This document shows positions 48,504 to 57,825 of a stretch of 64,000 bases of DNA, piece after piece. The DNA lies in assembly GCF_028368995.1 (NCBI RefSeq), contig NZ_JAQNDL010000001.1, forward strand, positions 2,816,001 through 2,880,000, in the 5' to 3' direction. The notes below the pieces were generated by a model. That model had not been told where the DNA came from, ran no database searches, and was given only the letters and a program-made list of their open reading frames with translations. Numbering within the stretch: position 1 is the first letter of the stretch; each line of letters opens with the position of its first letter. The position numbers and the translations under genes are program-made. The stretch comes from Nannocystis bainbridge. Lineage in GTDB: Bacteria; Myxococcota_A; Polyangia; Nannocystales; Nannocystaceae.

Positions 48504-49223
48504 TCACGGCTGGTACTGCGGCGCGAACGAGGCCGCGAAGTCGGCGATCGGGTGCTCCCAGATCGCCATCGTCAACGCCGGCCCGACCACCTTGAAAAAA
48601 TAGGTCTCGCCCTGGTGCTCGACGATCGCCGCCATCATCCGGTAGTTGGGGTCGTCGTAGCGCTCGTTCTCGGCCCCCGCGACCGGGGCCGCGTAGGTCC
48701 CCGCCATGTCGGCCAGCGTCACCGCGAGCGGCCCGCGGACCATCTCCTGCACGCGCACCTGCTCATCTGCCAAGGGCGCCCCCGAGGCCGTGACGAACTG
48801 CGCCTGCCACTGGCGCACGTACGCCGTCGGCTCGACCCCCGCCGCGGCGAAGCGCGAGACCTCGAGGTGCGCGTCGCCGCCGGGCCCCGACAGCGTGAAC
48901 CCCGGCCCCCCATTGGGCCCGGCGCCGGGGGCCGCCAGCCACTCCACGGGCACGCGGAAGAACAGCCGGTCGACCGCCTCGACGCGCGTGCGACCGCTGA
49001 TCTCGATCTCCCGGGCGTCGATCGCCGGCCGCGGCGTCCGCGGGTTCATGCCCGGCGGCGGCGAGGTCGTCGGCGGCCGCGGATCTTTGTAGGACGACGC
49101 GCGGGTGTCGAGCGCCGCCACCACCGCGAACGGATCGGCCTGCCGCTCCGACAGCACCGGCGGCTCGCGCTGGCAGGCGACCAGCACGAACGCGACGAAC
49201 CCGAGCGAGAGACCACGCGCCAT
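48504..49223 (-). CDS. Lipoprotein, hypothetical
   Basis: FVAFVLVA-C; W..QF and AAIVE....YFFK.VGP motifs. Confidence 0.8.
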   Translation of the reverse strand: MARGLSLGFVAFVLVACQREPPVLSERQADPFAVVAALDTRASSYKDPRPPTTSPPPGMNPRTPRPAIDAREIEISGRTRVEAVDRLFFRVPVEWLAAPGAGPNGGPGFTLSGPGGDAHLEVSRFAAAGVEPTAYVRQWQAQFVTASGAPLADEQVRVQEMVRGPLAVTLADMAGTYAAPVAGAENERYDDPNYRMMAAIVEHQGETYFFKVVGPALTMAIWEHPIADFAASFAPQYQP

Positions 49224-49337
49224 CACGAGCTCGAGATAGCAAACACGGGGCCGGCGACAACCGAACTGGGCCGCGATGCCGGCGCGCAATCACTTCGCCT
49301 TGCCGCCCGCGCGACCCGTGCCACCAGGCCCGGTCGC

Positions 49338-50111
49338 GTGTTGTGGATCGGCACCTCGGGCTGGCAATACGACGATTGGCGCGGCCGCTTCTACCCCGAA
49401 CGCTCGCCTGCGCGGCTATGGCTCTCGCACTACGCGGCTGCGTTCCGCACGGTCGAGCTCAACAGCAGTTTTTATCGCCTGCCCGCCGGCGACACCTTCG
49501 CCGCCTGGGCCCGCGACACGCCCGCCGACTTCGTGTTCGCCACCAAGGCCAGCCGCTACCTCTCGCACATGAAGCGGCTCCGCGACCCCGAGCAGCCGGT
49601 CGCGCGCTTGCTCGCTGCCGCCCGTCGCCTCGGCGCCAAGCTCGGCCCGGTGCTGGTCCAGCTGCCGGCGACGATGGCCTGCGACCCCGACCGCCTCGCC
49701 CACCTGCTCGCCGTGTGGCCCGACGACCACCGCCTCGCGCTCGAGCTGCGACACCCGTCGTGGTTCACCGCCGATACCTACGCCGCGCTGCGCCGCCATG
49801 ACGTCGCGCTGTGCTTCACCGACGTCGACGGTCGCCCGCAGGGCCCGCTCGAGCGCACCGCCGACTGGGGCTACGTCCGCCTGCACCGCGGCACCGCCGC
49901 CCCGCGCCCCTGCTACGGCGACGGCGCGCTGTCCTCGTGGATCGTGCGGATCTCCCAGCTCTACGCCGACCGCCGCGACGTCTTCGTGTTTTTTAACAAT
50001 GACCCACGCGCGTGCGCCGTCGCCAACGCGGCCCGCTTCGGCCGCCTCGCCGACACAGCCGGCCGCCACCGCACCCGCACCCCCGAAGCGCGCGACGTCA
50101 CGCCCGGCTGA
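49338..50111 (+). CDS. DUF72 domain protein
   Basis: IGTSGWQY, TVELNSSFYRLP, KASRYLSH, LVQLP, ELRH.SW, YVRLH, FFNND. Confidence 0.93.
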   Translation: MLWIGTSGWQYDDWRGRFYPERSPARLWLSHYAAAFRTVELNSSFYRLPAGDTFAAWARDTPADFVFATKASRYLSHMKRLRDPEQPVARLLAAARRLGAKLGPVLVQLPATMACDPDRLAHLLAVWPDDHRLALELRHPSWFTADTYAALRRHDVALCFTDVDGRPQGPLERTADWGYVRLHRGTAAPRPCYGDGALSSWIVRISQLYADRRDVFVFFNNDPRACAVANAARFGRLADTAGRHRTRTPEARDVTPG

Positions 50112-50231
50112 GCGCGACCGCGGACCCGGGCATGCGCGTTCTTTCTCGGCTCGACCTGTCCACCGGCCCGTGCGACGCGTACGATGGCCGCGTCGCCGCG
50201 CGCGTATCCTCTGCCCCCGAGGACATGTCCC

Positions 50232-50825
50232 ATGAGCCAGATCATCATCGCCGACGCTGACGGCGCGATCGTCGAGTACGACCCCGGGTTCCTCGACCCG
50301 GGTCCGCGGTCGGCCCTGCTCGCCGAGCTGGCGCAGGTCCAGGACCGCTTCGACCGCGACCGCGTGCGCATGTACGGCAAGACCCTCGATTCGCCGCGGC
50401 TCGTGTGCGCCTTCGGCGACGACGGCCTGCACTACCGCTACGCCGGCGTCGACCGCACCACCCACCCGTGGCCGCCGCACCTCCGCGCCGCCCGCGACCG
50501 GATCGCCGACCTCTGCGGTCACCCCTTCAACTACGCCCTCGTCAACCTCTACCGCGACGGCGACGACTACATCGGCTGGCACGCCGACAAGGTCAGCGAC
50601 CTCGCCCCCGGCTCGGCGATCGCCAGCCTCAGCCTCGGCGCGGCGCGGCCGTTCCAGCTGCGCCACAAGCAGCAGGACATCGAACACGAGGTCCTGCTCG
50701 CGTCCGGCAGCCTGCTGGTCATGCGCGGCACCACCCAGCAATTTTACAAGCACGCCCTGCCGCGCCGGCGCGGCGTGACCGAGTCCCGCTTCAACGTCAC
50801 CTTCCGCCACGTGCGCGCGTCGTGA
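50232..50825 (+). CDS. AlkB-family 2OG-Fe(II) dioxygenase (ALKBH2/3-like)
   Basis: FNYALVNLYRDG.D.IGWHAD, IASLSLG, GSLLVMRG..Q..YKH, RFNVTFR. Confidence 0.92.
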   Translation: MSQIIIADADGAIVEYDPGFLDPGPRSALLAELAQVQDRFDRDRVRMYGKTLDSPRLVCAFGDDGLHYRYAGVDRTTHPWPPHLRAARDRIADLCGHPFNYALVNLYRDGDDYIGWHADKVSDLAPGSAIASLSLGAARPFQLRHKQQDIEHEVLLASGSLLVMRGTTQQFYKHALPRRRGVTESRFNVTFRHVRAS

Positions 50826-50831
50826 GCCGTA

Positions 50832-50973
50832 ATGTCTCTCTGAACATGTCTCTCTGAACATGTCTCTCTGAACATGTCTCGATAGACGTGTTCGATAGGA
50901 CACGTCACATACCCCGCGCCGCAAGGTCGGTGCCAGACCAAAGGCCGATCGACATGATCATCGGGACATGTCT
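50832..50973. repeat. Perfect 14-bp tandem repeat (atgtctctctgaac x3) continuing as a phased decamer array
   Basis: GAACATGTCT at 50842, 50856 and 50870; AGACGTGTTC 50884; GGACACGTCA 50898; a further pair at 50950/50964. Confidence 0.92.
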
Positions 50974-51417
50974 CATGCGCCGCCTCGTGCGCCCCGCCGG
51001 TCTCGCGGACGGCCCTGCGAGGTACGTACGCCTCGCAGGGCCCGTCGCCGCGAGCTCGTGCCCGCGAGCGTGAGTGCGGGTGCCTCTGCTGAACGCGGCC
51101 GAGCTCGCCGCTTCCTCCGCATCGCCTGACGCTCGCGGACCCCACCGCTGCGCCGCCAAGGGCCAGCGAACCCCGCGCCCACGCGCTGCCCGGGCCGCAT
51201 CGACGCGCCCAGCCTTCCGCTTCCGAATCACGCCAGACAGCACCTCCGCGTGCTTGAGCTCGCCGACCTCGTCCTGCGCGAGTGCGACGCGCCGCGACGG
51301 CCGGGCCAGATCTGGCGCGAGCCTCTGCCCGCTTCCTGGCGAATTACCGGCAGTTGTGGAATCGCCCGGGCGCTCGGCTGGACGAATGGCCCGAGCGCCG
51401 GCAGAAAGCCTAGCACC

Positions 51418-52305
51418 ATGACCCGACCGGATGATTCTCAGGACCGAGAGATCGAGATCGTGCGCGTGTTCGACGCCCCGCGTGAGCTGGTGTTCGAGAA
51501 CTGGACCCGCGCCGAGAACCTGCGCGAATGGTTCGCGCCTCCGGGCTACACCACCACCGACAGCGAGGTCGACGCGACCCCCGGCGGCGCCTGGCGCGTC
51601 GACTACCGCTCCGACCGTGGCGCGCGGTACAGCGAGCACGGCCGTTTCATCGAGGTCTCGCGGCCCGATCGGCTGTCGTTCACGTTGACACAGGTCAGCG
51701 AGCAGAGCGCGGGTCCCGAGACCACCGTGACCCTCGGGCTCACCGAGCTCGGCGGGACCACGCAGATGCGCTTTCACCAGACCGGCTTCGAATCGGCGGA
51801 GCGGCGCGACGGCAACGCCGAGGGCTGGTCCGGCTGCTTCACCAAGCTCGCGCGTCACCTGGTCGGCCACCTCGGCACCGCGGCCGAGCTGCGCGCGCTG
51901 TTCGAGGCGTGGTGGCGCGCCACCGCGGCCCGCGACCTCGAAGCCTCGATGACCCCGATCGCCCGCGGCGTCGTCTCCTACGAGCACGCGGCCCCGCTGC
52001 AGGTCGTCGGCGCCGACGCGGTGCGCGAGGTGTGCCGGCGCGGCTTCGAGGCGACTGAGGGCGACCTGCGCTGGGACGTGCCGGACCTGCAGATCCACGT
52101 GTCCGGCGACCTCGCCGTCACTTGGGGCCTCGATCGCGTGCAGACCCAGCAGCCGGGCCAACCGCCGGTCGAGAGCTGGTCGCGCGGCACCCGGGTGTTC
52201 AAACGAGTGGGCGGCGCGTGGCAGCTCGTCCATCAACACGTCTCGCTCCCCTACGATCCCGCGACCGCCCAGGCCAGGCTCGACCTGCGCCCCGACGATG
52301 GCTGA
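51418..52305 (+). CDS. SRPBCC (AHSA1-like) plus SnoaL/NTF2-like fusion
   Basis: RVFDAPRELVF..WT...L..WF and GW...F..L in the first half; SRGTRVFKR..G.W.LVHQHVS.P.D in the second. Confidence 0.88.
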   Translation: MTRPDDSQDREIEIVRVFDAPRELVFENWTRAENLREWFAPPGYTTTDSEVDATPGGAWRVDYRSDRGARYSEHGRFIEVSRPDRLSFTLTQVSEQSAGPETTVTLGLTELGGTTQMRFHQTGFESAERRDGNAEGWSGCFTKLARHLVGHLGTAAELRALFEAWWRATAARDLEASMTPIARGVVSYEHAAPLQVVGADAVREVCRRGFEATEGDLRWDVPDLQIHVSGDLAVTWGLDRVQTQQPGQPPVESWSRGTRVFKRVGGAWQLVHQHVSLPYDPATAQARLDLRPDDG

Positions 52306-52428
52306 CGACGCGTCACGCGGCGGATCACCGCAAGAAATCGCTCTCGGTAATTGCCGGACCGCCCGCGCGCGAGCACCCGACCTTGGTCGGATGTTCGCCG
52401 TCGACGAACTCGGACATATCGACCGAGC

Positions 52429-53022
52429 ATGAGCCAGACTTCGATCCCCGGTTATACCTACGGCACCCCGCAGGTCGCGCCTTCCCCCGTCACCGACGCC
52501 GAGTTCGCGCTGCTCAAGCAGACCGTGCTGCTCGGCGAGGACGACCTCCGCTCCCTGCGCATGGCCGGTGACGTGCTCGGCGAGCAGATCGAAGCGATCC
52601 TCGACGTCTGGTACGGCTTCGTCGGCGCCCACCCGCACCTCGTCCACTACTTCAGCGGCGCCGACGGCCGGCCCGACCCGCAGTACCTCGGCCGCGTGCG
52701 CCTGCGCTTCGGCCAGTGGATCCGGGACACCTGCGCCGCCCAGTACGACCGCGCCTGGCTCGATTACCAGCACGAGATCGGCCTGCGCCACACCGCCGCC
52801 AAGAAGAACCGCACCGACGCGGTGAACTCGGCCGCGCCGCAGATCCACCTCCGCTACCTCATCGCCTTCATCGTCCCGATCACCGCCACCATCAAGCCTT
52901 TCCTGGCCAACAAGGGCCACAGCGCCGCCGACGTCGAGGCGATGCACGCCGCGTGGTTCAAGGCCGTGACGCTGCAAGTCACGCTGTGGAGCGAGCCCTA
53001 CGTCGCCGCCTCGGTGTTCTGA
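52429..53022 (+). CDS. Protoglobin-domain protein
   Basis: IPGYTYG, ILDVWYGFVG..PHL..YF, RF.QWI.DT, WLDYQHEIGLRH...KKNRTD, AWFKAV.LQV.LWS.PY. Confidence 0.92.
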   Translation: MSQTSIPGYTYGTPQVAPSPVTDAEFALLKQTVLLGEDDLRSLRMAGDVLGEQIEAILDVWYGFVGAHPHLVHYFSGADGRPDPQYLGRVRLRFGQWIRDTCAAQYDRAWLDYQHEIGLRHTAAKKNRTDAVNSAAPQIHLRYLIAFIVPITATIKPFLANKGHSAADVEAMHAAWFKAVTLQVTLWSEPYVAASVF

Positions 53023-53204
53023 TCCGCTCGCGCATCGGCGATGCGACACGTAGGATTAGGCCGCGCCGCCTGCTCCCCGACTTTCGGGCGAGTGCGACGA
53101 ACGGTGCATTCGCCCACAGGCCAGGACCATAACGACAGCAGGCGTGTCTGGGTCGATTCGCGACACGAATACGCGGAGCCATTCAGCGCATGGGGGCGAG
53201 CCGC

Positions 53205-54374
53205 TCACTCGCTCTTCGGCGCCAGCCGGAGGATCTTCGCGTTCTCCTTGTCCGTCAGCACATAGACCAGCCCGTCGGGCCCTTGCGCCACATCGCGGAT
53301 GCGCTGGCCCAGGTCGCCCAGCAGGCGCTCTTCGCCGACCACGCGGCCGTCCTCGAGCTCGAGGCGGCTCAGGTGCTCCTCGACCAGCGCCCCCACGAAC
53401 AGGTCGCCTTGCCAGGCCGGGAACGCCGCGCCTGTGTAGAACATCGCCCCGCTCGGCGCGATCGACGGCACCCAGTAGTACTTCGGCTCCACGAATTCGG
53501 GCGCGCTCGACTCGCCGTTGCCGACCGGCGAGCCGTCGTAATCGACCCCGTAGCTGACGCGCGGCCACCCGTAGTTCTTGCCCGCCTCGGGCAGGTTGAC
53601 CTCGTCGCCGCCTTTCGGTCCGTGCTCCACCGTCCACAGCGCGCGGGTCTCCGGGTGGATCGCCGCCGACTGGATGTTGCGGTGGCCGATCGACCAGATC
53701 TCCGGCAGCGCGCCCGGCTCGTCGACGAACGGGTTGTCGTCCGGGACCGAGCCGTCGCCGCGGATCCGGACCACCTTCCCGAGGTGATTGTCGAGCGTCT
53801 GGGCCTGCTCGCGGGTCTCGTCGGTGAAGCGCTCGCCGAGGCCGACGAACAGCGCCCCGTCGTCCGCCACCGCGATCCGCGAGCCGAAGTGCTTGCCGTT
53901 GGCGAACGTCGGCAGCTGGCGGAAGATCACCGACACATCCTCGAGCCGCGGCGTCCCCTCGAGCACGAGCGTCGCCGCGGCCACGCTGGTGCCCGACCCG
54001 CCCTCGCGCGGCTCCGCGAAGCTCAGGTAGATCCGGCTCGAATTCGCGAAGTCGTGGGCCAGCGCCACGTCGAGCAGCCCGCCCTGGTCCTGGGCGTACA
54101 CCTCCGGCACGTTCGCCAGCGGCTCCGACAGCGCCCCGTCGAGCCCGACGATCCGCAATCGACCTGGCCTTTCGGTCAGCAGGATGCGCCCGTCCGGCAG
54201 GAACTCGAGCGCCCACGGACGGTCGAGGCCGACCGCGAATTCCTCGACGCGGAACTCCGCGGTCTCGGCCGGCGTCGGCGCGTCGGTGAGGTCGCTTTGC
54301 GTGGCGTTGCAGGCGACGAGCAGCGTGAGGACGGCGAGCGAGCGGCGCGTGAGAGACATCGGCAAAGCGAGCAT
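53205..54374 (-). CDS. PQQ-dependent aldose sugar dehydrogenase (GSDH family) lipoprotein
   Basis: LTLLVA-C, GLDRPW..FLPDG..L.TERPG, QGGLLDV, HFGSRI, GHRN.Q, EHGP.GGDE, NYGWP, RIRDV.QGPDG. Alternative start at 54359. Confidence 0.93.
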   Translation of the reverse strand: MLALPMSLTRRSLAVLTLLVACNATQSDLTDAPTPAETAEFRVEEFAVGLDRPWALEFLPDGRILLTERPGRLRIVGLDGALSEPLANVPEVYAQDQGGLLDVALAHDFANSSRIYLSFAEPREGGSGTSVAAATLVLEGTPRLEDVSVIFRQLPTFANGKHFGSRIAVADDGALFVGLGERFTDETREQAQTLDNHLGKVVRIRGDGSVPDDNPFVDEPGALPEIWSIGHRNIQSAAIHPETRALWTVEHGPKGGDEVNLPEAGKNYGWPRVSYGVDYDGSPVGNGESSAPEFVEPKYYWVPSIAPSGAMFYTGAAFPAWQGDLFVGALVEEHLSRLELEDGRVVGEERLLGDLGQRIRDVAQGPDGLVYVLTDKENAKILRLAPKSE

Positions 54375-54791
54375 TGGAGATGCCGCCCGACCGGCAAGCG
54401 CGAGCCCCTCGTACGGGGGCAGGCCCGGTTCCTCGCGCTCGCCGCGGGGCTCGCGTGCGGCCGCGGTGCACGCGCTGCGGTCGCCCGGGCCCCGCGCGCA
54501 CGCGAGAGCCGGACTCTCGCAGCCGAGATCCCCCGTCCCGGCCTGAGCCCCTGCTCGACGGCGACGTCTCGGCCCCCGCGCCCGCGTCTGCCCCCGAACA
54601 CCCCCCAGCGCCGCGCGAACGGCCCCTTTGACGCTCCCCGGTCTGCGTCGGACGAGCGCCTGCGGGCGCACGCACGACCTGTCCTTCGGGACATCCTCCC
54701 CCGTGCGCGCGGTCGGCTTCGCGCTCGCGCTCGACTTCAAGCGCGCGCCTCACGTTGACCTCGCTCGCGCTCCGCCCTACCGTCGATCGTC

Positions 54792-55964
54792 GTGACGCGC
54801 GCATTTCGGCCCTTGAACTTGGTTCTGTGCGTCTTCGGGGCGACCGCCTGTGCCAGCGGCGAGGACCCCCAGAGCACCGGCTTCACCAGCGCCCAGGTGT
54901 CGGGTTCGATGTCGATGGCCTCGTCGATGCCTGCGACTGACGGCATGGGCTCGACCTCCAGCCCGTCCAGCGGCAGCGAGGTCACCGGCGAACCCGTCAC
55001 TACCACCGACGCCACCACCGACGCCGACACCGACGAGCCCGTCACCGGCACCACCGGCACCACCGAGGCCACGGCCAGCGCCGGCACCGGCGGCTGTCCC
55101 GACGGCAGCCTGTTCTGCCCCTGCAACGACGACGCCACCTGCGACCCCGGCCTCGCCTGCGAGGACGACCTGTGCGTCCCGGAGTCCGAGGCCGTGTGCG
55201 GCGACGGCATGCTGGCCGGCATGGAGGAGTGCGACAACGGGGCGGAGAACGCCGACACCGCCACTTGCAAGGCGAACTGCACCCTGCAGAAGTGCGGCGA
55301 CGGCTCGCTCGGCCCCGGCGAGGCGTGCGACGACGGCAACGCCGTCGACAACGACGCCTGCTCCAACGCCTGCATCGCCGCCACCTGCGGCGACCTCGTG
55401 GTCCAGGTCGGCGAGGCCTGCGACGACGGCAACGCCGACAACACCGACGCCTGCATCAATTGCCAGGCGGCCGTCTGCGGCGACACCTTCATCCACGCCG
55501 GCGTCGAGCAGTGCGACGACGGCAACGCCAACGGCGGCGACGGCTGCAGCGCCTCGTGCCAGGTCGAGGCGCCCCAGTGCGGCGGCAACTTCACCACCGG
55601 CTGGTGCCCGCAGAACGGCACCAACCAGCAGTTCACCCGCTGCGAGAGCGTGTCGAACGGCAACAAGACCTGCAACAACCCGTTCATCAAGTACGGCACC
55701 GTCGAGAACGGCGTGCCCGCGCAGCACGGCGGCAACGACTTCAACGCCTGGTGCGTCCAGCTCGGCTTCTCCGGCTGGAGCGGCCAGGTCGGCTACGGCA
55801 GCCGCCCGTGCGACCCGCCGCAAGGCCGGCTGTTCGGCTGCACCGGCTACGACGAGGTCGCGTGGCACTGGTGCGACTGGCAGGACGGCAACTGGCTCAA
55901 CGGGGCGCTGAACTACCACCAGTGCAACGACGGCACCCAGATCTCCTCGATCACCTGCCAGTGA
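54792..55964 (+). CDS. Lipoprotein with Myxococcus Cys-rich repeats (DUF4215-like)
   Basis: FGATA-C and four CGDG/CGD...E.CD(D/N)G....D.C...C repeats. Confidence 0.9.
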   Translation: MTRAFRPLNLVLCVFGATACASGEDPQSTGFTSAQVSGSMSMASSMPATDGMGSTSSPSSGSEVTGEPVTTTDATTDADTDEPVTGTTGTTEATASAGTGGCPDGSLFCPCNDDATCDPGLACEDDLCVPESEAVCGDGMLAGMEECDNGAENADTATCKANCTLQKCGDGSLGPGEACDDGNAVDNDACSNACIAATCGDLVVQVGEACDDGNADNTDACINCQAAVCGDTFIHAGVEQCDDGNANGGDGCSASCQVEAPQCGGNFTTGWCPQNGTNQQFTRCESVSNGNKTCNNPFIKYGTVENGVPAQHGGNDFNAWCVQLGFSGWSGQVGYGSRPCDPPQGRLFGCTGYDEVAWHWCDWQDGNWLNGALNYHQCNDGTQISSITCQ

Positions 55965-55980
55965 TTCGAAATATCCGCGA

Positions 55981-56018
55981 GGACATGTCTTTATAGACAT
56001 ATCCTCTCGAACATCCAG
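55981..56018. repeat. 14-bp-phased decamer array
   Basis: GGACATGTCT 55981, AGACATATCC 55995, GAACATCCAG 56009. Confidence 0.75.
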
Positions 56019-56386
56019 ACGATAGCGGGGCTCTACCTCGCCGACATCGCCCCGCTGCGCTCGCTCGCGTGGTTGGTCGGCCACGGCGTCAGTTGTATCC
56101 GTACGATGAACCGCGTCGTGACGGGACGGCCGCGCTCGGACTACACCGGCGGGGCGTGGTCGGCGAGCGTGACGGCGCGGGAGATGTTGGCGGCGAGACG
56201 CTGCTGAGTGTCCTCGTGGTCGGGGTCTGCTTCCAGAAGGCGGGAGCCAGCTCAACCCCAAGCGCGACGCCACGACCCACGGCTCGGTGACCAGGGGCTT
56301 CGCTACCTTGAGGCATCCGCCGCCCTCTTGACATTCATTCTGCCCGTGGGCGACCCTCTGTGCGGGCCCGAGACCAAAGAGAGAAC

Positions 56387-56791
56387 ATGCCACTTTTCTG
56401 CAAGACTCTGATCGTTTCCCTGCTGCTCGCATCCAGCTCGCTGTTCCTGATGCCGGCGTACGGCGCACCCGCCCAGACCCTCGACTCGGCGCTGTCGGTG
56501 CACGAAACCGGCCCGCACGGCCCCGCCCCCCGCGCTTTCGGCGAGGAACGCGTCTCGCCCGCAGTGCTGGACGTCGGGGCGGGCTTGGACCTGGCTGTTG
56601 CCGCGGGCGCAACGCCGGCTTGTGGAAAAAATGAGGAGTACAAAGAATGTGGTTCAGCGTGCCCCCCCACGTGTAAAGCTCTAAATCCGGGGCCATGCAC
56701 TCAGCAATGCGTGAGCGCCTGCTTCTGCAAGTCGGGGTTTGTCCGGAACCAGTCGGGCAAATGTGTACAACCCCAAAAATGCCCCAAATAG
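56387..56791 (+). CDS. Secreted protein with a C-terminal TIL (trypsin-inhibitor-like Cys-rich) domain
   Basis: Signal peptide; CGKNEEYKECGSACPPTC...PCTQQCVSACFCKSGFVRNQSGKCVQPQKC has the 10-Cys TIL spacing. Confidence 0.88.
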   Translation: MPLFCKTLIVSLLLASSSLFLMPAYGAPAQTLDSALSVHETGPHGPAPRAFGEERVSPAVLDVGAGLDLAVAAGATPACGKNEEYKECGSACPPTCKALNPGPCTQQCVSACFCKSGFVRNQSGKCVQPQKCPK

Positions 56792-57024
56792 GCGCAGTAG
56801 GTGCAGACAGAGCACACGACACCGGAGGAGTCCCGCTGGCGCGCGGTTCGGGAGCACCTTCATGCCAACGCGGGACCTTCCACGTAGCGCGCGCCACCAA
56901 GGTCTCAAAGCCAGCGAGTGCGCTCACCGGGGCACCCGGCGACCCGCTCCCCGGGTCGGTCCGCTAACCACACCGTACGTAGCCCACCCACGCATTCCAG
57001 ACCGAATCTCAAGAGGAGAGAACA

Positions 57025-57417
57025 ATGGAGTCACGAATCGACGCACAAGCACTCATCGATACCATCATCGCGAAGGCTCAAAAACTCCTTGACGCCCTGG
57101 AGCGTCTATCCACGACAGCGGTCGGCGGCGCAGTGCCAGATGTACTCCGACACCTGGAGTCTCACATTTCGGAACTCCTATCTCTCATGAAAGAGGTCAC
57201 CAGCCTCCAAGGCGCCAGTAAACTCCTGGATGAATTAAGAAAAATCGTCCATTGTTTTCAAAACGTGGTTACCCTCGGACTAGCAAACCTCGGCGACCCG
57301 CAAGAACTCAGGCAATCGATAGAAGATACGATCAAAGATATATTAACCACCAACAAGGATCTCCAAGAGGATCTGGAGAACTTATTAAAACATCTAAACA
57401 CAAAACAGCAAGCTTAG
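57025..57417 (+). CDS. Hypothetical helical protein with atypical (AT-richer) codon usage
   Basis: AAGAGGAG RBS and an amphipathic helical sequence; many A/T-ending codons, unlike the neighbours. Confidence 0.7.
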   Translation: MESRIDAQALIDTIIAKAQKLLDALERLSTTAVGGAVPDVLRHLESHISELLSLMKEVTSLQGASKLLDELRKIVHCFQNVVTLGLANLGDPQELRQSIEDTIKDILTTNKDLQEDLENLLKHLNTKQQA

Positions 57418-57825
57418 ACCGGAGCGTCCCGGGCTCGAGATGCGGCACGGGTGCCGGCGAATTCGCTCACCGAGGCCCATCGCACCGCTCGTCCAGGCCG
57501 TCGCGCGCGAACAGCGAGCCCAGCCTCCAAGAGGCCTGGTAGCGCCTCGAGGCCGAACTGATCACGACGCGGTTCGTCGCGCGCTCACGTCAGTTTGGCG
57601 CTGCTGCGCGGCCCGGCCTGGCTGTGAGCCTCGGCCTCGCCGACCCTCATGCCCCCGCGAGCGCGACCACGAGGACGCACTCGCCCACCAGGGCGCGTGA
57701 CGACCTGCTCACCTCGCCGTGACGCGGCGCCGCTGCGCTGTGACCGACATGTCACCGCATTCTTCACGCGAGATCCTTATGATGCTCGCCGCGCCGGCCT
57801 GTCCGGCCCGGTGGTCGATTCTCTC

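Noticed and set aside
50975-51417. Possible gene remnant between the AlkB-like and SRPBCC genes
   Set aside because: I found no recognisable motifs in any frame.
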